Shown here: positions 1 through 12,173 of the stretch, piece after piece
Layout of the letters: each line of letters starts with the position of its first letter
How positions within the stretch are numbered: the stretch's first letter is position 1
Source: Anolis carolinensis
Taxonomy: Eukaryota
Length of the DNA: 64,000 nucleotides
Direction: 5' to 3'
NCBI RefSeq assembly: GCF_035594765.1
Contig: NC_085842.1
Span: forward strand, 297,089,749-297,153,748
The notes under the pieces: model-generated
Database searches by the model: none
The model's input: only the letters and a program-made list of their open reading frames with translations
What the model was told of the DNA's origin: nothing
Program-made: the position numbers and the translations under genes

Positions 1-283
1 CCTGATAGATTCTTCCAGAACATCTGACTGAAGTTGGAATTTTATGATAGCAAATAGATATCCGATTATAGCTCCATACACCTGTTTCACAGAGAAATAG
101 CGTATCTACTCACACTAAGAGGAATTCCATGATGGACTCACTTATTCCAAGTGACATGGCTGGGCAAGCCCTTCACCCTTAATGTCCACATATGAGAGGT
201 TTGTTTCCAAATGGTGCTAAATCCACCTGAAATTTTTTTAGAGGAATGGAAAAAAACATGCTGAGGATATGCATTCATTTGCT

Positions 284-619
284 CATTGTCGTCGTCTCAC
301 TAATTCAGTCGTTTTCGACTCTTCGTGACCTCATGGACCAGCCCACGCCAGAGCTCCCTGTCGGCCATCATCGCCCCCAGTTCCTTCAAAGTCAAGCCAG
401 TCACTTCAAGGATACCGTCCATCCATCTTGCCCTTGGTCGGCCTCTCTTCCTTTTTCCTTCCATTTTCCCCAGCATCATGATCTTCTCCAAGGTTTCCTG
501 TCTTCTCATGATGTGGCCAAAATACTTCAACTTTGCCTCTAATATCCTTCCCTCCAGTGAGCAGTCGGGCATTATTTCCTGGAGGATGGACTGGTTGGAT
601 CTTCTTGCGGTCCAAGGCA
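284..619 (-). mobile_element. RTE-BovB LINE, 5'-truncated 3' fragment
   Basis: ORF 300..620(-) PWTARRSNQSILQEI...LKYFGHIMRR...LEKIMMLGKMEGKRKRGRPRARWMD...WRGLVHEVTKSRKRLN is the typical BovB C-terminus; candidate 7-bp TSD ATTTGCT at 277-283 and 620-626. Confidence 0.92.
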
Positions 620-1632
620 ATTTGCTGTAAAATGCAATTTTCCAAGTCCTGTACTCACCAAGGTGATTTGATACATTTTGTTAGCTAACAATGTGCTGCT
701 ACGTATAACAATTTTTTTAAAAATTTGGTATCTTTTGGAAACAAACTCCACATATTGAGTGAGGACTGTAGGAAAGTAGAAGAGAGACACATGCAGATCT
801 TCAAAGTTGTTTGACTGAAACTCCCAATATAGCCATTGGTAAACAATGATGTGAGTTTCAGTCCAGCAGAATTTAGAGAGGTGCATAATTCCCACCCCTT
901 CTGCTCCATAGGGGTTATTTACAGCAAAAATGGGCAAATTCAATGTGCCAAGGAGACAATGATCTGACCATGGGAACTTTCAATCCAGAAGGATTGCTAA
1001 AAATGCCCCCAGAAAGATGAAAAAGGGGACATTGCTTGCTGACTTCTAGTTTTGCATGCCCTGGTCATATGTTCAATATAACATAATCACTCCTTCAGAT
1101 GTTCTAGAGAAGCAGAGAAAGAGGATGTGCTTCTTGTGGGGACAGTCTGTTCTCATGTTGAACAACAGCAAACAACAAACATGCCCTTTTTCTCGATGAG
1201 AACTGGAAGGGGGAAGATTAGCGAAAGGAAGTACTAGCCACTCATGCTTTCTTTCCTGCCTTTTGGGGGGTTAATATCTAAAGGTGCTGTCAGTGTGGGT
1301 CAATTCAATCTAGGAGAAAAGTTATTTTTCAAGGGTCCCATATTTTTCTTGTTAACATCTTCCTTTTGTGCACAATGAATTTTGTGCTGGCCTCATTGAA
1401 GTGATCCACTAAGTCCCAGAATGGGGAATGTATAAAAGTTTTCTTTGGAAGGAAAGGAAAAGCATAGAAGCATGAAGAAAAAGACGTTTGCTTTTAGGGT
1501 GGGCACTTATCATTGCCAAAGAAAGAAGGAAAGAAGGAAAGTTATCAACAGAAGGCAAAATGAGCCACAGAACAGCACAAAATGTTCAAATTGGGAAATT
1601 ATTGATATAACCTAAAAAGATGGAAATACCCT

Positions 1633-1815
1633 AAAGGCATCAGATGTTTTCTGATCGTGAAAGCTGAGCAGAGTTGCTCCTGGATATGACTTGAATGGGA
1701 GACTGACAAGATTCTGAAGGCTATACTTCAGAAGAAGGAACTGGCAAAACCACCTCAAAGTTTGCCTAAGAAAATACTATGAAATTCAAGGGTTGACATC
1801 AGGAACATGTACACA
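1633..1815 (+). mobile_element. Degenerate 5S rRNA-headed SINE
   Basis: CTGATCGTGAAAGCTGAGCAG...TGAATGGGAGAC resembles 5S rRNA, followed by the body GAAGGAACTGGCAAAACCACCTC...TTGCCTAAGAAAA shared with copies at 28545 and 54461. Confidence 0.65.
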
Positions 1816-1849
1816 TGACATGCCTTATCATACTAAACAAGACCATGAC

Positions 1850-2400
1850 CAGGTGATGCACATTCTTGATCATTCAGCCTGCTGTCCAGGTAATATTGAT
1901 GGTTCAAGATCCTTGTTTTGGCTTTCTGTGGTTCATCTTAAAGGCAGATTTCTTTTTACTGGAAATTAAAGTGTTCATCACACGAATGACTCCAAAGAAA
2001 TCTAAATGGACTGAAAAGGGAGATAGAAGATTGTTTTCTGCAAAGTAGGATCCATGGTCAAACTACTAACATTCCCAGGTCTCTTTCCATCACTGCCATG
2101 ATCAAAACTTCTCATGATGGTGTTAAACAATTCTGATTAGAAATGATCAAAATGACAGAGGGCCTCCTCCTGGTTTTCAATAAGGAGAAATGTCACTGTA
2201 TTTCTTCAGTCAGTTTTCCGTGGAGCTGCATCATCACCTCTTCCTTGGAATGGCTTTGATAGTATGCAACCCGTTCAAGCAGAGTGAAATGTGTGAACCT
2301 TTAGTGTTGGTTCTTTCTTCAACAGAAAGTTGAAAACATCTCTAATGCAGTCAATGGAGATGAAGATCAGGGAGACTGGATTGTTGAGAAACACTTATTT
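1850..2400 (-). mobile_element. Highly decayed LINE reverse-transcriptase remnant
   Basis: Minus-strand fragments translate to ...HGKLTEEI..., GGPLS and LFNTIM, recalling the RT motif QGxPLSPxLFN; frameshifted; boundaries approximate. Confidence 0.3.
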
Positions 2401-3119
2401 TATCCTTGATAGAAAACAATGGAGCCACAGATTGTTCCAACCTCAAATTCTGGGAAGGGCAAGTGAGTTGAAAGACAGTAAGCCATTAATTTTCAGATGA
2501 AATCACAAGTCTTTGTCTTCTGCCTCATTCTGTTATCTTTGACATTTGTCTCTGAATGCAATACCATAGTTATCTAACTAACTAAATATTGACCTATTAT
2601 TGTTTTTATTTCTATTAATATTCTCCTTTAGCTATAAAAGGTGAGACATTGTTCTCTCTCTCTTTTTCCAGTTACAATTAATTTTTTCAATTAGAGAAAC
2701 TTAGGGGAAGTGGGATGAATACACAGAAGTGATATAGTGAAGATATATGATCTCTCTTCCTGACACCCCCCCCCCCTTTTTTTTTTGCAAGCGTTGCTTT
2801 TGAGGGAGACCAGTGTGATTTCCAAAAGAGGATAAATCTCATGACAGAACTACTCCTGTCCTGAAGGAAGGTATGTGTAACCTACTACTGCTCTCCCCCC
2901 ACCATCCCACCCCTATGTGCACTTTTCTGGCAGACGCCCTTGAGCATTTGAGAGACGGATGTGAGAGAATTTTCAGTCTATTGGAAAACAACCCAACTAA
3001 ACATAACAGATTACATCAGCTCAGGCTTTTCAATTCCTGGATGGCAGTAGCAACACTAATCCAACCTTCATCCTGGATTTCGCAAAGTAAAACAAGGGAG
3101 GCTGGCAAGAGGACAGATT

Positions 3120-3165
3120 GAGGAAATTGACGACTGCAGGCCTTGTGGGCAATAGGCTGTATAAA
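3120..3165 (+). promoter_or_regulatory. ESM1: ESM1 proximal promoter: ETS (GGAA) + CRE half-site + TATA box
   Basis: GAGGAAATTGACG at 3120-3132 and TATAAA at 3160-3165, about 135 bp upstream of the ATG. Confidence 0.7.
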
Positions 3166-3296
3166 GCTCAAAAGCCTGTATGCTGAACTCCAGCTACTAC
3201 TTTGGGTTCTTCACTGCTGCATCCTAGAGAAGACCTCAGGGCTGACTTTTTAAAACCTGTTCTCTGGAGTGAATAGTGCCTTTATCACCGAAAGAG

Positions 3297-3597
3297 ATGA
3301 ATGGGTTTCTAATCTTCACTTTATTTCTGGTCCCCATGTATGTTGGAGCTACCTGGAGTGCAAAATATGCAGTAGATTGCCCTGAGTCTTGCAACAGCAA
3401 TGAATGTAAAAACCCAGTTCACTGCAAGCGGATGGTGCTGGATGACTGCGGCTGCTGCAGGGTCTGTGCTGCAGCTTTGGGGGAGACTTGCTACCGGACC
3501 GTTGCAGGGATGGATGGTGTCAAATGTGGACCTGGACTGAAGTGTCAATTTTTTTCTGAAGAGGATGATTTTGGTGATGAGTTTGGTATCTGCAAAG
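3297..3597 (+). CDS. ESM1: Endocan (endothelial cell-specific molecule 1) coding exon 1: signal peptide + IGFBP-like Cys-rich domain
   Basis: MNGFLIFTLFLVPMYVGATWSAKYAVDCP...LDDCGCCRVCAAALGETCYRTVAGMDGVKCGPGLKC...FGDEFGICK; donor AAAG|GTAAAG; 301 nt, phase 1. Confidence 0.97.
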
Positions 3598-3700
3598 GTA
3601 AAGAATGGTCCCTGAATGGGATGCCTATCATGACAATAATGATGATGATGCTAGTGATGATGTATCTATCACAATTGGAGATAGCTCCTGAAAATGTCTG

Positions 3701-3897
3701 CATATGTGCCTTCAAGTTGCCAGTTAATTTATGGTGATTTCATTAATTTTGTAGCATTTTCTTAGGTAAAGAATACACAGAGGTGGCTTTACTGATTCCT
3801 TCCTAGCTACAGCAATTGGTATTCATTGGCAGTCTCCCACCCAAATACAGCTACCCTGCTTAGCATCCAAGATTAGACTGAATCTGGTTCCTTCATG
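3701..3897 (-). mobile_element. Degenerate 5S rRNA-headed SINE in ESM1 intron 1
   Basis: Reverse complement gives ATCTTGGATGCTAAGCAGGGT...TTGGGTGGGAGACTGCC...AATACC...GCTGTAG then the same body and CTTGAAGGCACAT tail. Confidence 0.65.
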
Positions 3898-5007
3898 GAA
3901 TATTTTAATTTAAAGGTAGCAGTCATTCTATGATTTTTGGGATAGTAAGCTTCCTCTGAAATGGGAAAAACGTCTTAATATGATTATTTATGTTATTAAC
4001 ATGCAGAATTCCTTGAGTTTTGCAATTTATAAGGTAGATTATTTGTTAACTGACGATGGCTGCCAATTTGAACAGCTTTCAATGGGAATTAAATTATGGA
4101 TATCATGAGCTCAAGGATATAATGAGATATCATTGGAAAAGATTATAGTGCTTTATATAGTGTATGGAACTAGGAAACATGGGAGACAATACTACAGGTG
4201 GATTGACTCATGGAAAGAAGCCATATCCTGTAGTTTGTAACACGTGAGCAGGATAGCTCTTGGAGGTTTCTCCTTCATAACTTCTCCGTAAGTTAAAGCT
4301 GACTTGATAGCAACAACAACACATTTATGGTGGTAAGGGTTATCAATGTCTGTAAGTCAAGATAGCTCTATATTGCATCCACTTTCTGAGGCAGTATGCT
4401 TCTTTATATCAATTCATTTGATGTACAGCAGCGGATCATGGGTAGGAAGACACACTTGCATTCATGTTTTGGTGGTGTATTTTCTAAATACACCACCAAA
4501 ATGCATTGTATGGCTACAACACTTGACTACAAAAGTCTTGATTTTGCATTGCTGTTCTTGTGTTTTACAAATGTTTGATGAGGCTTAGTGAGTGTCACTT
4601 AGCAGTCACTGGAAACCTGTGGCTAAGGATTTCAACTATTAGCACTTTACCTACTACTGCATCATCTACAGAGAAAGACACACTTTGAATTGAAAAATGC
4701 ATTACTATTGAGTAGGAGGTCCATGAAGAAAAATCTCAGAAGCGTAGACCTAGGCTAAAATGTCATACCATGAATATTATGATAGGTACCCCCTTGTCAA
4801 TAGTTCACAATTGAAACTATGTACAAAAGACCTGTGCAAATAAAACCACTACATCTATCAGTATAGATGTACTTGTGTTTTTGTCAGCAATGTAGCTCCA
4901 GTAGCTTCTCTCTCATATTTAACATAATTATATTAGTATTACCTTTTGTTTCCTCAAATTTGGGACTCAAGGCAGCATACAACAATTAAAACAGAGTTAA
5001 AAATTAA

Positions 5008-5071
5008 TACATTTCTTCAATTATAAGATGTTATTGATTGCAAGATGCACCCTAATTTCAGTACCATTATC

Positions 5072-5126
<55 letters not shown>

Positions 5127-5210
5127 ACACCTGCGATTCTAAGATGCACCTCATTTTTAGAGATGTTCACATAGCGAAAAAAGTGCATCTTAAAACAGCA
5201 GAAATACAGT
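5008..5210. mobile_element. Tc1/mariner-type MITE containing a (TA)n microsatellite
   Basis: Ends ATTTCTTCAATTATAAGATG / CATCTTAAAACAGCAGAAATACAG are imperfect inverted repeats; repeated AAGATGCACC; (TA)n at about 5077-5122. Confidence 0.5.
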
Positions 5211-5842
5211 AGTGTATAAAAGCTAAATAGTTATTAAGTCATCATAAAATTTGAAACCAGTTAACAACAACAGCAACTAAAATTCTAAGACATAAAAAGC
5301 CTGTTTCTTCTAATAAAAAAGGTTCTCAAAGGCTTCCCAGTATGAAAAAGCCTTTATTTGCTTGCAGTTATATGGTAATAGTAGAAAGTGTGGGATCAGA
5401 CACTGAGAAAAGCATGTTCCCACCAGATGTAGGTCTGGAGTGGTGGGACAGAGAGCAGAGCCTCCCTAGAAAATCATACAGGAGATTATGGTCCTTCAAA
5501 TAACCTGGACGTGAACTGCATATGGCTTTATGGGTCACTGGAGAGACGACCTGTTATGGAGATGATAGCTTGTGATAGATGGTAGAATTCTACATTGTAT
5601 CACTACAGGCTGAACACTTTAAAAAAAATGTTGTCTCATACACTTAATTCCCTTGCATCTAGTAAACTAACTGGTCAAATAGATTTGCCCAGATTTTCTA
5701 TGTGATGTATTACTTCCACAGAAAACATATATTCCAAAACGACTAATGTAAAATTATGTCTGATCTATACTCAAAACTTATTCAGTGAAATACATACAGT
5801 TGGGCTTCCATACCCGGGGATTCTTTATCCACTGCTTGAAAA

Positions 5843-6056
5843 TATTTATTTATTTACAGTATTTATATTCCGCCCTTCTCACCCCGAAGGGGACTCAGGG
5901 CGGATCACATTACACATATAGGCAAACATTCAATGCCTTAACATAGAACAAAGACAGAGACAAACGCAGGCCCCGAGCTGGCCTCGAACTCATGACCTCT
6001 TGGTCAGAGTGATTTGTTGCAGCTGGCTGCAGCTGGCTGCTCACCAGCCTGCGCCA
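5843..6056 (-). mobile_element. Anolis-type SINE2 (tRNA head, L2-like tail), short form
   Basis: Minus strand: A-box TGGCGCAGGCTGG, B-box GAGTTCGAGGCC, tail GTGATCCGCCCTGAGTCCCCTTCGGGGTGAGAAGGGCGGAATATAAATACTG(TAAA)n. Confidence 0.85.
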
Positions 6057-8220
6057 TATCCCATCTCCTCCTCCTAAAAAATCCAAAAGGTAGTATCTTT
6101 GAATCATAGTTAGTTCAATCAGTGGACAGAACCTGTGACAGGAAGTTCCACTGATTCTCCAAACTAGGATTACACAAACATTAGGACTGCACAAAATGTT
6201 GCCATGGCAGTTAAAGTGTAATCACAGCGCCATAATTGTTTAGTATGAAAGTGTCTCTCTTGCACAATTTATATTAATATATAGTTATTTCTAATGGATA
6301 GTAAATGTTTTTGGAAGAGTTACTTCTATAATTTATTTATTTATTTACATCATTTTTACCTCGCCTTTCTCCCCAGGGAGATAACTGAATCAAATATTGT
6401 GCTCAGTATAAATCAGTTTAATATAAGGTTTGTGTTTACATTGAAATAACACTGCTAATGTTTTAATGTGATTTGTTTTATTGTTAAATGACAAATTCAT
6501 GCTGAGGGTTTTTTTTAATGAATTTTAGAGGAGCTATCTATGGTATTGAATTTATTTTAAGTATAGAGCTCAGTATTTTGAGTGGCTCCTTCTAAGTTTG
6601 GACTGAAAGGCAAAGCAAATTCCCCAGCCTACTGATATCGGAGCCACAGGGCACCACTGTTCATTAAAGCAGCTGTATACACTTTGGTGGTATTTGTGGA
6701 ACGGCAGTTTATAAGTATTTATAATAAATTAATATAAATGGATAAATATGCCAGTCTGCTTTAAAGCCTCATAATGAGCAAAACTGATCAATGTGCAGAT
6801 GTTGCAACTAAAGCAGGAATGGATCAATTTTCAAGCAACATTTTGTCTACAAGACAAGTTAAAATGTCCCAGAACCCTAACAGTTTGCTTCTCCTAAGTC
6901 TCCAAATCCCTACATCCCAATAACAAGCCCCCCCAACCCAATAGCAAAGTCCCCAACCCAACCTCCTGTGCCATTGCCCACTGTTTATCTCAATGATAAA
7001 GAGGGCTGAGCAAGTGAAAATATTTCTAATATTGTGAGTGATGACATTTCTCAAGTAGATGTTTGGGCAGAGTTAAGATTTGGGTTTGTGGCATAATTGG
7101 AATAGATCTACAAACTCCAGTCCATCAACAGTGAGTTGAAGAGAGGCAATGGTTTTCTGGCAGACCACACATATTATAACACTAGCTAATAGCCCAACCC
7201 CATAAACCTCTTGGTTACTTTATTACACCTCCTTTCTGGTTCCCAGCCAGCATCAGGTCACTTTCCAATAATGCCCTTTACTTTCTGTCAACAATGCCCT
7301 TTAGCACTCTACACATGGTTATCTACTCACCTTGGCTTTAGGCATTATCTTGTCCCTTAAGACCATTGTTAAAACAGATCACTTCATCCCTACACTCTCA
7401 AGAATTGCATTTTTATTGCTATTCACCTACTCATTCAGAGCTATAAAAATATTTTCTTAAGCTCTCCACCCCATACATTTGATAAATATAGTTAAGTCTA
7501 TGAAGACTTATGCTATAATCTTCTTTCTCTCAGTTAGTGTCTAATCCCTTAACATATTTGGGATAGTCACAATCTCTCATCCTGATCTATCTCACAGGAT
7601 TGCTATGAGGATAAAATAAGGACACTGATCCAAACCATGTAGCCCATTGACTTAAACTTCATGGAAACTGTAATGGAAAAAAGTGTATTGACTATACGGA
7701 TTTCCTTTTGAGACACTGAGCAAAGTTTGAGACAACACAACAATTTGTTAGCAATGATAGAAAATACACAACAACAGTTTTCAAAATTTGTTAGAAATAC
7801 CTTAACCATTGATGCCATTCTAAAAGTGAATCTCACCATTAATCTTAACTGAAGAAAATACATTAACTTAATGAGATTTATTTATATGTTCAACAATTGA
7901 ACAACTTCAACAATTGATTTAATGGCTTTAATTGGGTCTAACCGAGAAGTTTCAGGCTTTTATTAACTTAGCTTGAAATAAGTCAAATGGACTTACTTCT
8001 GAGTAGACAATTGCTCTGCAATTTTTAAAAAATGGAATTAAACAGTGCAATCTTGTGCAATTGACCTGGAAAAAAGTTCCACTTTGAATTTACTCCCTAA
8101 ATACCTTAGAACAGAATTACAGTCTAAGTTAAGTAGCTTGAAGTAGAACGATAACCACAAAGTTTTAGAGTTAGGACCAGCATTCATGATACCTATTGTA
8201 TTTCATTTCTTGTTTTGCAG

Positions 8221-8376
8221 AGTGTCCTTATGGTACATATGGACTGGAATGCCGAAGAACATGCAATTGCCCATCTGGCATATGCGACAGAGTGACTGGG
8301 AAGTGTTTAAAGTTTTCATTTTTCCAGCTGGCTGTCTCAAAACCTCCCAACCGACGGAAATTAATTTCACATGCAG
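8221..8376 (+). CDS. ESM1: Endocan coding exon 2: EGF-like region + Phe-rich motif
   Basis: Acceptor TTTCTTGTTTTGCAG|; (E)CPYGTYGLECRRTCNCPSGICDRVTGKCLKFSFFQ...HA; donor GCAG|GTAAAT; 156 nt, phase 1-1. Confidence 0.97.
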
Positions 8377-8940
8377 GTAAATCTGAGAGTGCTAATTTCT
8401 TGGAGACATAAAGCATTTGGCCATTCTCTTGCATGAGTTGTATTTCAGATGTGTGTAATAACACTACCATCAGAAGTGTCCCACTTCCTGAGGCAAAGGA
8501 TAAAATGACATCATCATCTACAATGTCATTGACTGACAACACCAAAACACTGGTGATGAGAACTTGAAAGGGCAGACTGGTTTGCAGGTCTTAGAAGAGG
8601 TCACACGGCACAAATAGCATTCCCCTCCCCTAGATGAGAATAGCCAGAGAGCTCAGGAGGATGGGTCAGTTACCAACTACCATCCCACTATGTTTGGAGA
8701 TATTTCTGATCTATGATGTGCCCTACTTGTAGGAGCATTTGAAATGAAATGTATTGATTCTGACCTGATAACATAGGGCTATGATCTAGAGCGGAGCTTG
8801 GAATTCTCTCCAAATGAAAGAATTATGTGTAATTACATGACAAAAAGTAGGTAAGGAGAAACTGCAATCCATGGCTGCATGTGACCCTTAAGCAGTGGTT
8901 TGTGATCATTCAGATCCTGCCCATTTTTCATTCCAAATTT

Positions 8941-9188
8941 GAATCATAGAATCATAGAATAGTAGAGTGAATATCATCCCAAATTTGAATCATAGAATCA
9001 TAGAATAGTAGAGTTGGAAGAGACCTCATGGGCCATCCAGTCCAACCCCCCCGCTAAGAAGCAGGAAATCACATTCAAAGCACCCCTGACAGATGGCCAT
9101 CCAGCCTCTGCTTAAAAGCCTCCAAAGAAGGAGCCTCCACCTCAGCCCGGTGGAGAGAGTTCCACTGTCGAACAGCTCTCACAGTGAA
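8941..9188 (-). mobile_element. CR1 LINE 3' end fragment in ESM1 intron 2
   Basis: (ATTCTATG)n tail on the minus strand; near-identical to the 3' end of the CR1 at 62731-63482. Confidence 0.9.
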
Positions 9189-9561
9189 AAGCCAACTATT
9201 GCAACTAAGGATATTTTATAAAGAATATTTTGTAAGCAAATAAACAGTGTTTCTCCGTCTTTAGGAAATGGTGATGCGTAGTTGGCTTTGCTGTCCTTGT
9301 TGGCAAAAAGGGATGGTAATGATAGTTAGCAGTAGGATCAACACTTTTCAAACTTTTCTTATATTTTCAAAAGTTCTTAGTTCATCTGTAGTGAAGCCTT
9401 GTGGGAGATGTAATTGGGTTCAATTTCTCATACTTAAAAGAGAAATGAATGCATGACAAAATGATCATTAGTTATAAGATATTATATTTCATCACATAAT
9501 GGTTGCACTTTGTCCCTCGTTTTCTTGGAAAAAGTGGGGTGCTTCATGTGGCGTACCTGGA

Positions 9562-9672
9562 AGGGGGTGGGTGGGTGGATGGATGAATCAATGGATGGTT
9601 GGGCGAGTGGATGGGTGGGTGAATGAGTGATGCAGTGAGCAGATGGGTGGGTGAGTGGATGGATGAGTGGAA
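9562..9672. repeat. Imperfect (GGRT/GAGT)n tetranucleotide tract
   Basis: GGGGGTGGGTGGGTGGATGGATGAAT...GGATGGATGAGTGG. Confidence 0.8.
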
Positions 9673-9809
9673 GGGAATGCTAGGCTGTTTAAAACAGGGA
9701 GGTGGTCTAATCATGGATACGACTATTATATGAGGAATCGTTAAATACCAAAAATAGGATTCTGAAAAGGAAATGTGACTATTCTTTTTTTCTCTGTTTT
9801 GATTTGCAG

Positions 9810-9910
9810 AAAATGACATGGGATCCGGTGATGATAATTCTGTAAAAGAAGATTTTGTCAATGAAAAAGCCATTCACTCCCCAGTAATGAAATGGCTAAA
9901 CCCTCGCTGA
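9810..9910 (+). CDS. ESM1: Endocan coding exon 3 (GAG-attachment Ser-Gly, stop)
   Basis: Acceptor TTTTGATTTGCAG|; (E)NDMGSGDDNSVKEDFVNEKAIHSPVMKWLNPR*; matches the ESM1 C-terminus SPVM(R)KWLNPR; total CDS 558 nt = 185 aa; not present in the ORF track. Confidence 0.96.
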
Positions 9911-12167
9911 TATTAACCTATACGGGACTTTAAACCAATGCTGTCTTCAGACTTATAATTAATATTCAACAACCCACTTTAAAGGCCATAGATCTCCAGC
10001 AAAGGAACTGGTAATGTGTAATAAAATCTATTCTGTATATCATCTGGAAAAAGAAACATGAATTTTCTGTATAAGACTATGTACAGTGTACAGCACATGA
10101 TTTTTAGAACATGTTTTGGTAATAATTTGACTAGTAAATGCATGATGGTAGCAAATGCTTTTTGAATTGTTGAATGTAAAATTACTGTTGATTAAAAAAA
10201 ATACAAGAATTTAAAACCAGCAGCCATCTCAAGCCTGAAAGCCCTGCATAAAATATCCAGTCATCTTAAAATAAGAAATGTATGATAATAAAAGTTAGGA
10301 ATTGCAGTTTGTAACCAACATTCTTGATTGAATTCTGCAACTTGCTTAAAATCAGCAGGGGTAATCATGCAGCTTTCCAGATATGCTACTAGATTCCATG
10401 GCCAAAATTACTGAGATATTTTCAAAGAAATGTTCCCTTAATACATTTTTAACATTTACCACTCTCATTAAACACACTTTCTGTGTCAAATTATGACTGA
10501 AAGCAACTATCTTGTCCAAAGCTAGACTGCTTCAGTCTCAACAGCTACATTGGGATGGATTCTGTGCAACCTCAAACTTAAAGCTAATTTTTAAGAAGAA
10601 AGGATGAAGTGTTTCATTTATTTTCAAAATACCATCAACTAGATATCTGCAGTTTATAATATTCATCACCAATTTAGCCAGCACGAGTAGCGGCAGCTGT
10701 GTTTTGAAAAGCGTTTTACACACAGATACATCACAGTGGCTCTTGATTGTGTCTAAATATTATAGCCAATACTCATTGTGAATAATGCCAGGGATATGGA
10801 ACTAAAAGAGCTTCACCAGGACTGTTGGGAAGTGGAATCAAAGAGGAAACCTTGCTATTATCAACAGAAAGGTGGGAGGGATTCAAACATTGTCAGCCCC
10901 CACAGACCTCATGATTGCATTGCATTATGGTCACCATAAGTTAGAAATGTCTTGAAGGCATACAACAACATCAATATCAATATACATGTGTTATATTTTA
11001 CAAAATAGAAAACACAGAATTATAGAGTTGGAAGGCATCGCAAGAGCCATCTAGTCCAGCCTCCTAATACTGAAGAACCAAAAATGGCAGACTTTGTGAA
11101 ATGATGAGTTTGTTCACACACACACCTCTAGTGGTCAATTTATGGCTCTTTTTATATTTAAAGTGAGACCCTCCACCATTTTGCTTTAGATGTTCATGGG
11201 GCAAAAGTTGGAAAAAGAAAAAGAATGTCTGCTACTTTTATGTCTGTTTTGAACCCATGACAACATGCTACGTGAGGATCCGAGCTTTTAAATATTTCTC
11301 ACAAACATGGCAATATACTAAATGGTTACATCCAACATTTACCCATTCTCATTTATTTCAGTGGTAGAATTGGGCTACAATCATATACATGCTTAGCTGA
11401 GAGTTAGCTGCATAAACCTCTTCCCAATGTGGTTGAGAGTATCAAGATATTAAAGATTCAGAATATTTGGAAAGGAAATGAGCCGTAAAAAGGAAGGGGA
11501 GCCGTCTTAAATGACTACTTTCCCATTTAAGAATGTACTGTAAAAGAGTTTGCTCTTAACTTCTGTGCAATACTTCCACTGTTCTGGGACAGCCAATCCT
11601 AAATATTAATTTTCCCCTTTTGAAATTAATGAGATTTTAAAAGTTTCAGAATGTTATCTCCTAGATTTAAACCGTGTTCTTTACAGATAACTGAAGTATA
11701 AGCACTAAAATTAGGAATGGCTCTGCCTTCCATAAGAGTAAAATAATTTTTTCTCCTTGGCAGCAGTACCAGAATTTAGGCTAGCTTGAATATCTTAGCT
11801 GAGTTAGGAATCTGAAGTGTTCACAATGAGAGTTGCCAGCACAATCAACATTACAGGAGTGCAAACAATCTCCCTATTAAGTAAATGGATCATTTGAAAA
11901 CAAGTAAGATTTGAAACTTCTCCAGGAAATTTTGAGTTGAAATAAAGGGAGCAAGCCGTTCATGTGGTTTGGCAGGCAGGATGAGAGAGTTTATTGAAAT
12001 AGTGCTGTGAATATTTACATGAATTGAACTCTTTTGTCCCGGTCCTTTGCCAAATATTCATGACCGTGCTAGATCCTTGAATGTGCATATAATAAACTAT
12101 CTGTTATTAGAAGATATTGTTATTATTGTTATTATTGTTGTTGTTGTTGTTATAATTATCATTGCTC

Positions 12168-12173
12168 AATAAA
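12168..12173 (+). terminator. Candidate ESM1 polyadenylation signal
   Basis: AATAAA followed by T/GT-rich sequence; alternative hexamers at 10287 and 12091. Confidence 0.3.

Noticed and set aside
685-765. VAAHC and HSICG on the minus strand suggested a granzyme (GZMK/GZMA neighbour) remnant
   Set aside because: The motifs are in different frames, Cys-to-Cys spacing is 62 nt rather than the expected 48, and there is no IIGG or GDSGG; probably chance.
3276-3737. ORF-track 153-aa product as the ESM1 protein
   Set aside because: It starts at an upstream GTG and reads through the donor at 3598 into the intron; the true start is ATG 3297.
7330-7550. Possible further Penelope 3' end with hammerhead
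   Set aside because: Some resemblance, but the CUGANGA and GAAA boxes are not intact; too decayed to call.
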